Positions 43,773 to 53,071 of a DNA stretch of 64,000 nt are shown here, piece after piece (the first letter of the stretch is position 1; the number at the start of each line of letters is the position of its first letter). Below the pieces are notes generated by a model. That model was not told the origin of the DNA and made no database searches. It saw only the letters and a list, made by a program, of their open reading frames with translations. The translations under genes and the position numbers were made by a program. This DNA comes from an uncultured virus (IMG/VR IMGVR_UViG_2061766007_000803) (lineage: Duplodnaviria; Heunggongvirae; Uroviricota; Caudoviricetes). Location: the IMG/VR virus record IMGVR_UViG_2061766007_000803; one strand, 5' to 3'.

Positions 43773-44064
43773 TCATTTCCCCTTTCAAACGTTCAATAAG
43801 GTCTTTTGCCGAAATCATACTTACATCACCATTATCCCATGGCATACCGTATGTTTCAAAATATCCCTGTTTATTTCCATATGAAAAGCTATGGATAATT
43901 GCATCACCACGAAATTCCGGGAAAAGCCATTGATAACCATCAAAGGAATGTATCCAATGGAAATCAATTCCAGCTTTCTTCAACTTACGGTTCAGCTTAC
44001 GCCTGTCGTTGGCATAGCTTTTTTTACCGAGATGCATATTTTTTAACAACTTCAGTTCGTCCAT
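43762..44064 (-). CDS. Hypothetical phage protein
   Basis: GDAIIHSFSYG..QGYFE motif. Confidence 0.65.
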   Translation of the reverse strand: MDELKLLKNMHLGKKSYANDRRKLNRKLKKAGIDFHWIHSFDGYQWLFPEFRGDAIIHSFSYGNKQGYFETYGMPWDNGDVSMISAKDLIERLKGEMIDD

Positions 44065-44387
44065 ACTGTTTTACCATCCTTGGTAAATAATGATTGATTG
44101 TGGTCTACCTTTCGTTTAAGGAACGGAGGAATTTTTTTCTGACCACCATAAACCATTACCAGCTCTCTTTGAGTGGTAACGTACATAGTGATAATTTTCT
44201 GCTTGTCCTCGGTTTTGATGATAGTCACCCCTGTATCTGTGATACACAGATAGCGCCCAGGTTGACCGCCGATTCCGTAGCCAATATACTTTTCTTTGAT
44301 GATTTGACCCATACCAATTTCATTGACAATGTGTTGTACTCGTTCTGCTCTGTCAACTCTTACATGGTAACTCATTTGCTCGTTCAT
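44052..44387 (-). CDS. Hypothetical protein
   Basis: AGGAG RBS, promoter upstream. Confidence 0.65.
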   Translation of the reverse strand: MNEQMSYHVRVDRAERVQHIVNEIGMGQIIKEKYIGYGIGGQPGRYLCITDTGVTIIKTEDKQKIITMYVTTQRELVMVYGGQKKIPPFLKRKVDHNQSLFTKDGKTVWTN

Positions 44388-44498
44388 AACTGTACTCTCC
44401 TTTCATGGTTAAAGTATAGCATACAGTTATAGGATTGTCAAATCATATGTTAGGTGGATGCCACCTAATCAGAGTTAAGATTGACATTGCGTCAATCT

Positions 44499-44705
44499 TT
44501 ATTCATGAACGGCATAAGTGCCGTACATGTTATTATAAATTTGTGCGATTTTAAGAAAGTCTCCGTTCATAGAACTTTGAGTACCATCTTTCCAATAGAT
44601 TGTGAAATGGTTTTCTTCGTCCGGTTTATGGACAATCATGAGGATTTCTGCCATATTGATGATATATTGCTTACCTGCACTATTGGTATAAATGAGGGTG
44701 TGCAT
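44499..44705 (-). CDS. Hypothetical protein
   Basis: GAGGA RBS. Confidence 0.5.
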   Translation of the reverse strand: MHTLIYTNSAGKQYIINMAEILMIVHKPDEENHFTIYWKDGTQSSMNGDFLKIAQIYNNMYGTYAVHE

Positions 44706-44861
44706 ATTATTCTTCCTCTTCTTCTACAAATTCGTCCTCTGCTTTAATAAACCGTAAATATTCAATGGCGCTATCTACAGAACTGAAAAAATCTTCATCG
44801 CCACAATCTTCTGGGCTGTTTTCAGTGGCTTTGGTAATAACTCGAATAGCAATACAACTTA

Positions 44862-45230
44862 TCATTCTTCTTTACTCCATTCGGTATACCATTCATCTGG
44901 AAGAGGGTCGCCTGTAATTACATAGATGTTCTTTGAATCATAGGGGCGTTCTTCGATAGAATAGTTATTTTCAATGAGATACTGATATGCATGATGGTCA
45001 TTGATTTCAATGGTATACTTCTTATATGAAGGAATACCATGTATACCGAAAGTAACCCCGAAAATAAGGGTAACTAAACCGATGAAAACCATGATGTAGC
45101 CGGCAGTTTCTTTTGTATTACTTTCGTTGCAAACCAAGAAAGCGCCAAGTCCTCCAAGAGTAATACCGATACCAATGCCAAGAATAACCATCCAAACCTG
45201 TGGGGCATTACATTCTGTCAGAATTTCCAT
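44862..45230 (-). CDS. Membrane protein
   Basis: 2 TM, paralog of 42972-43319. Confidence 0.65.
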   Translation of the reverse strand: MEILTECNAPQVWMVILGIGIGITLGGLGAFLVCNESNTKETAGYIMVFIGLVTLIFGVTFGIHGIPSYKKYTIEINDHHAYQYLIENNYSIEERPYDSKNIYVITGDPLPDEWYTEWSKEE

Positions 45231-45493
45231 TTTTTTTACTCCTTTTATTCTTCAATCACGGTCATCTTAATACTTGCAGTACAGCCGATATAATCCTCTA
45301 AGGCTTCGGCAAGCCAATCGGCTAACTGCTGTTTTGTACAACTATCATCGTCATCATCAAAATGCCCTTGAATCCTTACTACCATGTCGAACTCCATAAG
45401 AACATCCCCTTTCTTGATTATATTATATCACAAATTTAGAATAAATCAAACAATAAATTAGGTGGTCTTCACCTAATATATATAAAGGGGACT

Positions 45494-45835
45494 TCAATCC
45501 CCCATATCCTGATAGAGTTGACCTTCAGAATTCAGCCACATGCGACAGATGTCCTCATATTCTTCATCGTACCTGCCATCATTTTCAGCTTTTTCTTCCT
45601 CTTCATCATTGAACCGTTTCTTGTTTTTTGCCAGCCCATTATGATTGTTATATGTGAAGAGATCATAGATATTGCCGTTGCTTCTCCAATAAATTTCGCA
45701 CATAATCACACTGGGATCATTGCCAACGATATTGAAAAATAATTTTTTGGCTTCCGGCAGAGTGAGATGAAGATCTTTGGTATATGTTGTGGTTTCTGCT
45801 CTGCATACACGGAGTTCAAATTCATATTTCTTCAT
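45494..45835 (-). CDS. Hypothetical protein
   Basis: GGAGG RBS, single-gene cassette. Confidence 0.6.
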   Translation of the reverse strand: MKKYEFELRVCRAETTTYTKDLHLTLPEAKKLFFNIVGNDPSVIMCEIYWRSNGNIYDLFTYNNHNGLAKNKKRFNDEEEEKAENDGRYDEEYEDICRMWLNSEGQLYQDMGD

Positions 45836-46195
45836 AATCAATTTCCTCCCTTTCATGTCTATATTATACCACATTATAAAAATTAGTCAACTCTATAAGT
45901 TAGGTGACCTCCACCTAAGTATGTTAGATAGAAAAAATCGCCGGCTACACTCTTAGCCGGCGATATCTTCTAGCATTTCATCAGTAAATTGGATGCCTAC
46001 GTGGGAGAACGATTCTTGGTCATATAGAGCAACTCCTTAACCTCTTCCCAGACTTTTGCTGGGTCTCTTACTCGTCTCTTCATGGGGCGGCGCTTATGGG
46101 AAATGCGCCGCAAGGGCGGCTTTTTGCCGCAATCATCAGCTTGTGTGTGAAATTAGACCCTTACGGGCGGAGGTCTTGTTACATTCATACAGGAC

Positions 46196-46450
46196 TCACT
46201 CTTCTTTCTTTCTTCTCTGCTCAACTTCCGTGGGGTCAAGGCCCAGTGTTGGCAGAACATACTCTTCGAACTCGAACCACATGATATCATTGATATCTGT
46301 TTCAGTGAAAACATGGTCGCAGTTCTCAGCTTCTTCGGACAGTGCATCTTCGAGCCGGTCAAGCTCTTCTCCCGTCAGCAGTTCGGCGTTCTGTGTCGCA
46401 CCGCACCACCACTCGAAATCTCTGAGGGCAACTTCTTTCTGTACTGTCAT
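46196..46450 (-). CDS. Small acidic protein (paralog of 46653-46877)
   Basis: LR.F....A..NA..LT.EELD.LE..L...T.IND.M.F.FE. Confidence 0.7.
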   Translation of the reverse strand: MTVQKEVALRDFEWWCGATQNAELLTGEELDRLEDALSEEAENCDHVFTETDINDIMWFEFEEYVLPTLGLDPTEVEQRRKKEE

Positions 46451-46652
46451 CTGTAACAACTCCTTTTATTCTTTTTGCGGTCTTTCCTTTCCGCATCATT
46501 ATATTATCACATTATGGGAGAAAAAGCAATGGTTACCTTAGGTGGTAATCACCTAAAATATACGATAAAATAAAAAATGCCCATTTGGGCATTTATCCGA
46601 TGCGCTTCTTCATTTTTATTCCTCCCATCGCGGCTTCCGCGCCATGACTTTT

Positions 46653-46877
46653 TCATAGTCCAGGNNNNNNNNNNNNNNNNNNNNNNNCTTCAAAGTCAAA
46701 CTCCATCAGGTCGTTGATTTCCGTTACGCTCCAAAGTTCACTGTCCACTTCGTGACTTGATTCCTCCAGCTTCTGCTCAAGCTGGTCAAGTTCTTCAAGT
46801 GTCAGCTTTGCGGCATTGGTAGCGGCCTGTCCTACGAATGTGAAATTCCGCAGTTTCTTTTCAATTGTCATTGTCAT
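46653..46877 (-). CDS. Small acidic protein
   Basis: Same motif as 46196-46450; N gap near end. Confidence 0.65.
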   Translation of the reverse strand: MTMTIEKKLRNFTFVGQAATNAAKLTLEELDQLEQKLEESSHEVDSELWSVTEINDLMEFDFEXXXXXXXXPGL

Positions 46878-47042
46878 TGCAACTCTCTCCTTTATTTTTT
46901 TAGGTATGGCATGGGTGATAGGCGCCATCACCCATGCCCGGGAGAAGCATCTGTTCTCCTTACAATGGTATAATATCATACTCTATCTTTATTGTCAACA
47001 TAATACTTAGGTGGATGCCACCTAAGCCATATACAAGGGCGA

Positions 47043-47285
47043 TTACTCGCCCGGAAAGTATCCCATCCACAGGGTGGTACGAACGGAATGAAGACTGTGA
47101 TCGTAGCTATTCGCCCTGTACTCACGTGTGCCACCAGCTTTGACCAGCTCCCACATCAGCCGATATGCTTTCTCAACCGGAATGTCTGAAGCTTCGTACC
47201 ACTCACCATCAACCAACTGATGGATGTAGCACTGAGGACCATCAACGAAGTGGGTGATACCAACAACGAGATAAATGCTCTTCAT
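47043..47285 (-). CDS. Hypothetical protein (family with 48967-49209, 52333-52584)
   Basis: Single-gene cassette, RBS. Confidence 0.6.
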   Translation of the reverse strand: MKSIYLVVGITHFVDGPQCYIHQLVDGEWYEASDIPVEKAYRLMWELVKAGGTREYRANSYDHSLHSVRTTLWMGYFPGE

Positions 47286-47399
47286 GTTTCTTACCTTCCT
47301 TTCTATCTCCCCTTGGGACACTTAGAGTATATCACTTTATATATTTTTCGTCAAGCATGTGCTTAGGTGGTCCTCACCTAAGATGCCTTTGACTGCCCA

Positions 47400-47609
47400 T
47401 TAGGGGCAGTAGGTCAAGCAGTAGGGGTGTTCGGTATCATTCGGATAATCTCCGAGCATTGCGGTGACTACCATTCCACCACAAAGACCACTTTTGACAG
47501 TATCATAGAAAAACTGTAATACTGTACCCCAATCATCATAGTCAATGGTACTGGTTTCATAATCTTCTATTTCCTGTGACCACATACTGTATTCAATTAA
47601 CCACCACAT
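47400..47609 (-). CDS. Small acidic protein
   Basis: GGAGG RBS; ends YCP like neighbour. Confidence 0.55.
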   Translation of the reverse strand: MWWLIEYSMWSQEIEDYETSTIDYDDWGTVLQFFYDTVKSGLCGGMVVTAMLGDYPNDTEHPYCLTYCP

Positions 47610-47707
47610 TGTACATACCTCCTTTTCTTGATTGTATTGTATCATAATATTTGAATCCCGTCAAGAATATCTTAGGTGACCACCACCTAAGGTATATAAC
47701 TGCCCGT

Positions 47708-47944
47708 TTATGAGTGCGGGCAGTAAGAAAGAATAGGTTCACTATCATATTGAACATTACCATCATCATCCAGCTCACTAAGAAATAATGCATGGACATT
47801 CTCGTCGCTTTTGATTTTGTCGCAGCTAAACGCCAGCGCGTCAACGTAGCTGCGGAATCGAGCTTCATGAGGAATATCCTCTCCAATATATTCCTCAGTG
47901 CTTTGCAGGGGGTCAAAGATGAACCATTCTACAATATACCGCAT
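47708..47944 (-). CDS. Small acidic protein
   Basis: AAAGGAG RBS, single-gene cassette. Confidence 0.6.
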   Translation of the reverse strand: MRYIVEWFIFDPLQSTEEYIGEDIPHEARFRSYVDALAFSCDKIKSDENVHALFLSELDDDGNVQYDSEPILSYCPHS

Positions 47945-48058
47945 TGTTTTATCTCCTTTCCAATATCTATCCTACAAGTATATAATACTATACTGATGAT
48001 ATGATGTCAACATATACCTTAGGTGGATACCACCTAAGATATGGGAAAGGGGACCGGG

Positions 48059-48358
48059 TCAATATAAGACCCGGTCGCGAACTTCACCAGTTTTGATATT
48101 GTATTCTTTGTCGTCCTGGTACATCTGTTTCGCCAGGTAGTAGCTCATGCCACGCTCACGCATGAACCAGCCGATGTGCTTGATTGTGGTCATGCTGTAC
48201 AGCCCAAAGCAGGTGAGCCAGCCGTCCGGGGCGATAGAGATAATGCGGGTTGCGTAGCTCTGTAGCTCAACCGTGCCGTCCGAAAAGTAGTTTTCCTGCG
48301 CCTGCGCATAGTTGTGACCTGCAACCGCCGTGCTGTAAAGATACCGTGCCATGTTCAT
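48059..48358 (-). CDS. Hypothetical phage protein
   Basis: LQSYATRI...YSMTT.KHI..F motif. Confidence 0.65.
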   Translation of the reverse strand: MNMARYLYSTAVAGHNYAQAQENYFSDGTVELQSYATRIISIAPDGWLTCFGLYSMTTIKHIGWFMRERGMSYYLAKQMYQDDKEYNIKTGEVRDRVLY

Positions 48359-48475
48359 TTCCTTCTTTCTTTTATTTCTTGTCCCTTAGGACAATTATAT
48401 ATTAGCATACCCTTTGCTATATGTCAATATTATATCTTAGGTGGGAACCACCTAAGTTAATAAAAAGACAGTTTA

Positions 48476-48847
48476 TTAAACTGTCTTTTCAGATTTGATT
48501 CCATATAGCCATTCAACCGCTTCGATGAATCGCATATGTCCATCATAATAAGTTTCAATAATTTCATGCTGTGTGATATCATCACTATTGTTCCACATTT
48601 TCAACAGGCAAATATCACCTTCATCCCAGAAGTTTTCATACTCATAAAACTCCCATTGATTGCCTTCTTTATCTTGGCAAAGGACAATCAAATGGTCATC
48701 TTCGATCTTCCAATCAATTACGATGGTAGACCGAAAATAGAATTCGTCATCCTGAACTTCAGCTTCTCCCACAATAGGCAGGAAAAACATACTCATAAGA
48801 GCGATAGCGATAACGATTACGATAATTTTTGTAGTACTTTTCATCAT
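48476..48847 (-). CDS. Exported/membrane-anchored protein
   Basis: N-terminal signal, D.EGN.WEF motif. Confidence 0.65.
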   Translation of the reverse strand: MMKSTTKIIVIVIAIALMSMFFLPIVGEAEVQDDEFYFRSTIVIDWKIEDDHLIVLCQDKEGNQWEFYEYENFWDEGDICLLKMWNNSDDITQHEIIETYYDGHMRFIEAVEWLYGIKSEKTV

Positions 48848-48966
48848 AGTAACTCTCCTTTTATTTTATTTAGTCCCTTAGGACAATTATATATTAACAC
48901 AATTATAATATGCCGTCAAGTGGAATCTTAGGTGGACACCACCTAAGGTCATAAAAAGCGTTGGGA

Positions 48967-49209
48967 TTACTCCCAACGAATGTATCCGTGCAATTCCTTG
49001 TAGGAAATGTCCCGGTCTCGAGAGTTGACACTCATCGTGGCGGTTTTGCCCAATGCCCTTTCCAGCTGGCGCAGAGCTTTCATACCATCTTCATAGGAAG
49101 TCCTGAAGGACAGGTCCAGGCCAGCTTCTTCATCCTCATAGTAGATGATTGCGCCGTGGATGCAAGAACCGGGGCAGCAGGTGATGTAGACAGCCATGTA
49201 CTTCTTCAT
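48967..49209 (-). CDS. Hypothetical protein
   Basis: SYEDGMKALRQLERALGK..LHGY. Confidence 0.65.
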   Translation of the reverse strand: MKKYMAVYITCCPGSCIHGAIIYYEDEEAGLDLSFRTSYEDGMKALRQLERALGKTATMSVNSRDRDISYKELHGYIRWE

Positions 49210-49344
49210 TGTTCGAAACCTTCCTTTCTTTTATAGTCCCTTTGGACAATTCTATTATACGCCTACGGAAACATCCTGTCAAACACAATCTTAGGTGGTC
49301 CTCACCTAAGGTGGTTATGGGAAAAGAAAAAAGGCCCGAAGGCC

Positions 49345-49578
49345 TTAGGTGGTATACTCAAAGAGGGCGCAAGTTTTTTTCTTGAAATCATCATCATCGA
49401 TGAAGGTGTGGCAATCAATCATATTGCCGACAACCTTGATTTTCTCGATGAAATCCGCGGCAGCGTGACCGGTCCTGACTTCCTTTTCCAGCCTGAAGCA
49501 ACGGCCGTCATCATACAGGCGCTGAATGGTAACGTAGCAATCTTCAACAATAACGGTAGCTCTCACGGTGGTCTTCAT
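49345..49578 (-). CDS. Hypothetical protein
   Basis: GAGGA RBS, terminator AAGGCCCGAAGGCCTT. Confidence 0.6.
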   Translation of the reverse strand: MKTTVRATVIVEDCYVTIQRLYDDGRCFRLEKEVRTGHAAADFIEKIKVVGNMIDCHTFIDDDDFKKKTCALFEYTT

Positions 49579-49687
49579 GTTCTTTTCCTCTCTTTCGTTG
49601 CTTTTGTTTGGGTTCCTTGGGTACACCCAAATTATACAAAAATTTTTCGAAAAAGTCAAGTTTTGCTTAGGTGGTCTCCACCTAAGG

Positions 49688-49833
49688 TTCCGGGAACCGC
49701 TTGCACGGCGACCTTGGCGACCTATTCCACGGCATCCTTTCTTGAAGGGCTGGTTCCCTTCGGGCCCGCCGACTACGCCCCCAATCCGACCCAAGGTCAA
49801 TGTGCAGTGGTGAGAGGGACTCCCGCGCTGCAA
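49688..49833 (-). ncRNA. Rod-shaped small RNA candidate
   Basis: Promoter TTGCAA..TAATAT, GC-rich, TGCAC..GACCTTGG pairs with CCAAGGTC..GTGCA, no RBS. Confidence 0.55.
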
Positions 49834-49934
49834 TAGTATATTAACATATTATGATATAAATTGCAACTAATATCTTAGGTGGATATCACCTAACATTATT
49901 GTTGACGTATATGTACATTTATGTTATATTATCA

Positions 49935-50170
49935 GTGTCGGAAGCGCAAGCGCACAGGAGGCGCGGAGGCGGTACCGGCTCNNNNNNNNNNNNNNNNNNN
50001 NNNNNNNNNNNNNNNNNNNNCATTACTGCACACCGTGGTTGAGGGCTGTGTTAAAGTTACCCTCGCGGTCACTGCGACTTAGAGGTGGTGAGCGGCTAGT
50101 CGTTGACGTCCCGGGCGACGGCATACCCGTGGAACGATGCACTCTGAGGAGTGGACGAATGGCGTGAGTA
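49935..50170 (+). ncRNA. GC-rich RNA cassette candidate (partly in N gap)
   Basis: TTGACG-17-TATATT promoter, hairpins CCG(TG)..GAGGG/CCCTCGCGG and GTCGTT/GGCGAC, no clear ORF. Confidence 0.4.
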
Positions 50171-50510
50171 CGTCAATATACTATCTTAGGTGGTGTTCAC
50201 CTAAGCATATCGCAAGGGATGGCTTACGCCTTCCCCTGCCACTCCTTTTTCAGAGCGGTGGCGGCTTTCTTGGTCTTGCGGAATTCACGAGTACAGTTCG
50301 GACCCCGGCGCTTTTCGACATAGTAGCCGTTGGACAGGTTAATGATGTTGACGGTGGTGATGTTTTCCATGTTAAATCTCCTTCTGGTTTTGGGTTTTCC
50401 TTCCCTTTTCTTGATTATATTATAAGCGATGCATTGGAAAATGTCAATGTCCTATCTTAGGTGGTCCCCACCTAAGCATCATTTTGCAAAAAATAAGCGC
50501 CGGTGGGCGC

Positions 50511-50819
50511 TTAACAATAAACAAGTTTCATTCCTTTCCACCGGAGAATGGAAATCTGATGCCATTGTGCGGCGGCTGTCATGGCTTCATGCTTTGTACT
50601 GATGCGGATACTCTTGTCAATATAGTAGATACCGCCGCTAAACCATACGCCACAATTTCCCTGGAATTCACGAATTGCCGCCATTGCAGCTTCCGGAGTC
50701 GTACACTCAACACCAGCGATGCCCACCTGCCAGCCAGATTTATACATGATGGGCTTGCCGCGTTTCAGAGTCAGGCCATCATTTTCCTGGAGTTTACGAA
50801 TTGTGCGGATGTTAATCAT
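50511..50819 (-). CDS. Hypothetical phage protein
   Basis: GGGAG RBS; G.W..GG.YYID.S...Q.SI..W. Confidence 0.65.
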   Translation of the reverse strand: MINIRTIRKLQENDGLTLKRGKPIMYKSGWQVGIAGVECTTPEAAMAAIREFQGNCGVWFSGGIYYIDKSIRISTKHEAMTAAAQWHQISILRWKGMKLVYC

Positions 50820-51116
50820 TGTTTTAATCTCCCTTCATTTGATGCCTAATTATAACATGAAAAATATTTACCGTCAACTGTTTTCTTAGGTGGATGCCAC
50901 CTAAGAAACGGGATGGGCGCGGATTATATCAATCCGCGTTCAACTCCGAGTTTTCGGATTATTATTCCATATGTGGCACGGTCTCCCCACGCGGGGCAAG
51001 GAAATGAAATTAGGTCGATAGGATTATCCGGTTCAATGTTGGTAAGATAAACGGTGTTATCTCTACCATAGGAAACGGTTGTGTGCATCGGATTGATTTC
51101 CATTGTTTTGTCCTCC

Positions 51117-51305
51117 TTAATATTTATAACTTGGATAGTTTTTCCGCCAACTTTCGGCGCGGATTTCTTCTTTCTTTTCCTGTACCAATCCCCAGCTCCC
51201 AATAGAAAGACCAATAAGGAGAAGAATAAAACCAGGAGTAAAGCCAAAGAGTGCCATAGCTGTCAAGCCACCGAATGAGAAACCGCCTGCAATTCCAACC
51301 TTCAT
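51117..51305 (-). CDS. Small membrane protein
   Basis: Hydrophobic N-half, GGGAG RBS. Confidence 0.5.
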   Translation of the reverse strand: MKVGIAGGFSFGGLTAMALFGFTPGFILLLIGLSIGSWGLVQEKKEEIRAESWRKNYPSYKY

Positions 51306-51406
51306 GTTTTTGCTCCCTTCTTTGGTTTCAACTAATTCTAACACAACATACACAAGGCGTCAACTATTTTCTTAGGTGGTTACCACCTAAGATACATAAA
51401 GAGGAC

Positions 51407-51616
51407 TTACGTCCTCTGGATGATATACCATTTTCCGGAATATCCGCTCCACGGGCCACGCAGCTTGCGTTCCAGCCGGCGCAGCTTGCGCGCTTTGCGC
51501 CAGCGATGCGGCGCACTCAGCTGCACCCCACACGCCCAGCTGTCACACCCATCCCAGACCATACGACCACGAGAAAGAAGGCGAGCCGCCTCGCGAAAGG
51601 TAACCTCAATATACAT
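51407..51616 (-). CDS. Small basic protein
   Basis: Arg-rich, GGAGG RBS. Confidence 0.55.
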   Translation of the reverse strand: MYIEVTFREAARLLSRGRMVWDGCDSWACGVQLSAPHRWRKARKLRRLERKLRGPWSGYSGKWYIIQRT

Positions 51617-51781
51617 ACTGGAATCCCTCCACTATTTATTGTCCCTTCGGACAACTATACTATACCACACCCGTGGCATCCCGTCAACCATTTTCTTAGG
51701 TGGATTCCACCTAAGACAAATTTGACCCCCAAAATGCCTATATGCTATAATTAGGTATATTGAGAGAGGGGGTTCACCACT

Positions 51782-51967
51782 ATGACTAAAATCAATTGGA
51801 GTTTCACCGTTACACGTGCGGGCGAGGTCCTCGCCACTGGCGCTCTGTCTACCTTCGACCTGTCTTTCCCGGCTCGTATGCTTGAACAAATAGCCTCCGA
51901 GTATGGCGCTTGCCATATGACCGTTCGGGATGGTCATGGTCAAATATGGGAAAAAGATTGGGAGTAA
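51782..51967 (+). CDS. Hypothetical protein
   Basis: TTGACC-TATAAT promoter, GAGGGG RBS, terminator. Confidence 0.6.
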   Translation: MTKINWSFTVTRAGEVLATGALSTFDLSFPARMLEQIASEYGACHMTVRDGHGQIWEKDWE

Positions 51968-52030
51968 TCCCAATCTTTTTTTATTAATACATCTTAGGTG
52001 GTTCCCACCTAAGAATATAACGGATGAGGA

Positions 52031-52219
52031 TTAATCCTCATCCACGTCAAATTCTTGAGGAACGAACGGGTTGAACCGGATGCGGTCAATCCGGGAGATG
52101 AATTCATCCATTTCTCTATCCGTCAAACCTTCGGCGTCCTGTTTCTGAGCGAGTTCCTTCAACCGCTTATCCTGTTCGGCTGCGTGTGCGAATTCTACCG
52201 CCTGCTGATGCATTGTCAT
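52031..52219 (-). CDS. Hypothetical protein
   Basis: AAGGAGG RBS. Confidence 0.6.
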   Translation of the reverse strand: MTMHQQAVEFAHAAEQDKRLKELAQKQDAEGLTDREMDEFISRIDRIRFNPFVPQEFDVDED

Positions 52220-52332
52220 TGTAAAACCCTCCTTTTCTAAGTTCATCTAATTATAACATATAATAATTACAGGTTCAACTTTTCCTTAGGTGGTTGCCAC
52301 CTAAGCATGGTAGTAAGGGTCATCGCTGACCC

Positions 52333-52584
52333 TTACTCATAGAAACCATGAATATCATAGACAGTCCACAGTACGTGGTCACGTACCTCAGGCATCTTAC
52401 CCATGCGGAGCATGAAGTGCGCCATCACGCGCTTGCCCTCCTCATAGCTTACACGGGTGAAGGTGCCCTCTTCGTCTTCCTCTTCACTCAGGTAGATGGT
52501 AGCCTCATCGAGGTCATGGTCATACGGATGGACGCGGAGCAGCACGCAGGCGTAGCGCGCGGGTCTGGTGGTGGTGGTCTTCAT
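52333..52584 (-). CDS. Hypothetical protein (paralog of 48967-49209)
   Basis: SYEEGKRVMAHFMLRMGK..IHGF. Confidence 0.65.
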   Translation of the reverse strand: MKTTTTRPARYACVLLRVHPYDHDLDEATIYLSEEEDEEGTFTRVSYEEGKRVMAHFMLRMGKMPEVRDHVLWTVYDIHGFYE

Positions 52585-52714
52585 GATGATTGCCTCACTT
52601 TCGCGTATTCTCTGGGTTCAACTAATTATACCATACGGTGGGCACCGTGTCCAATAAACCTTAGGTGGTCTCCACCTAAGAATATGCTTGACAAAAAAAA
52701 GAGGGTTTCCCCTC

Positions 52715-53071
52715 TTAGAAAACCTCTCCACCACGGTCAACATCTCGAATGATTGCGACCTGTTCACCCGTGACGAGATTTTCGAGAATCTCAAAGGTGA
52801 AGGAAAGCTGATACCAACCACGATGTTCGCCGCCACGATAGTTAGCACGGCGGAGGAACCGGAAGCACTTGCCCATACGGCGGTATTCCTGGCGGTTGTA
52901 CGGGAAGGTCTTGGCGGTGGCAATGTTGCCGGTGGCGGCGAGCACGAACGGGAAAGACCGATGCTCACGAGACCAATAGCAATCGAGTTCCGGCAGAACA
53001 TGACGGGAAGAGGAGGACTTGACATAATAGGGAAGGTCTGCGATGCGGATGTTGTTGGCGATAGCGTTCAT
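52715..53071 (-). CDS. Hypothetical protein
   Basis: AAAGGAG RBS, terminator AAGAGGGTTTCCCCTCTT. Confidence 0.6.
   Translation of the reverse strand: MNAIANNIRIADLPYYVKSSSSRHVLPELDCYWSREHRSFPFVLAATGNIATAKTFPYNRQEYRRMGKCFRFLRRANYRGGEHRGWYQLSFTFEILENLVTGEQVAIIRDVDRGGEVF

Noticed and set aside
49343..49352. Extra palindrome copy CTTAGGTG
   Set aside because: Half-site only, coinciding with a stop codon; not counted among the 44
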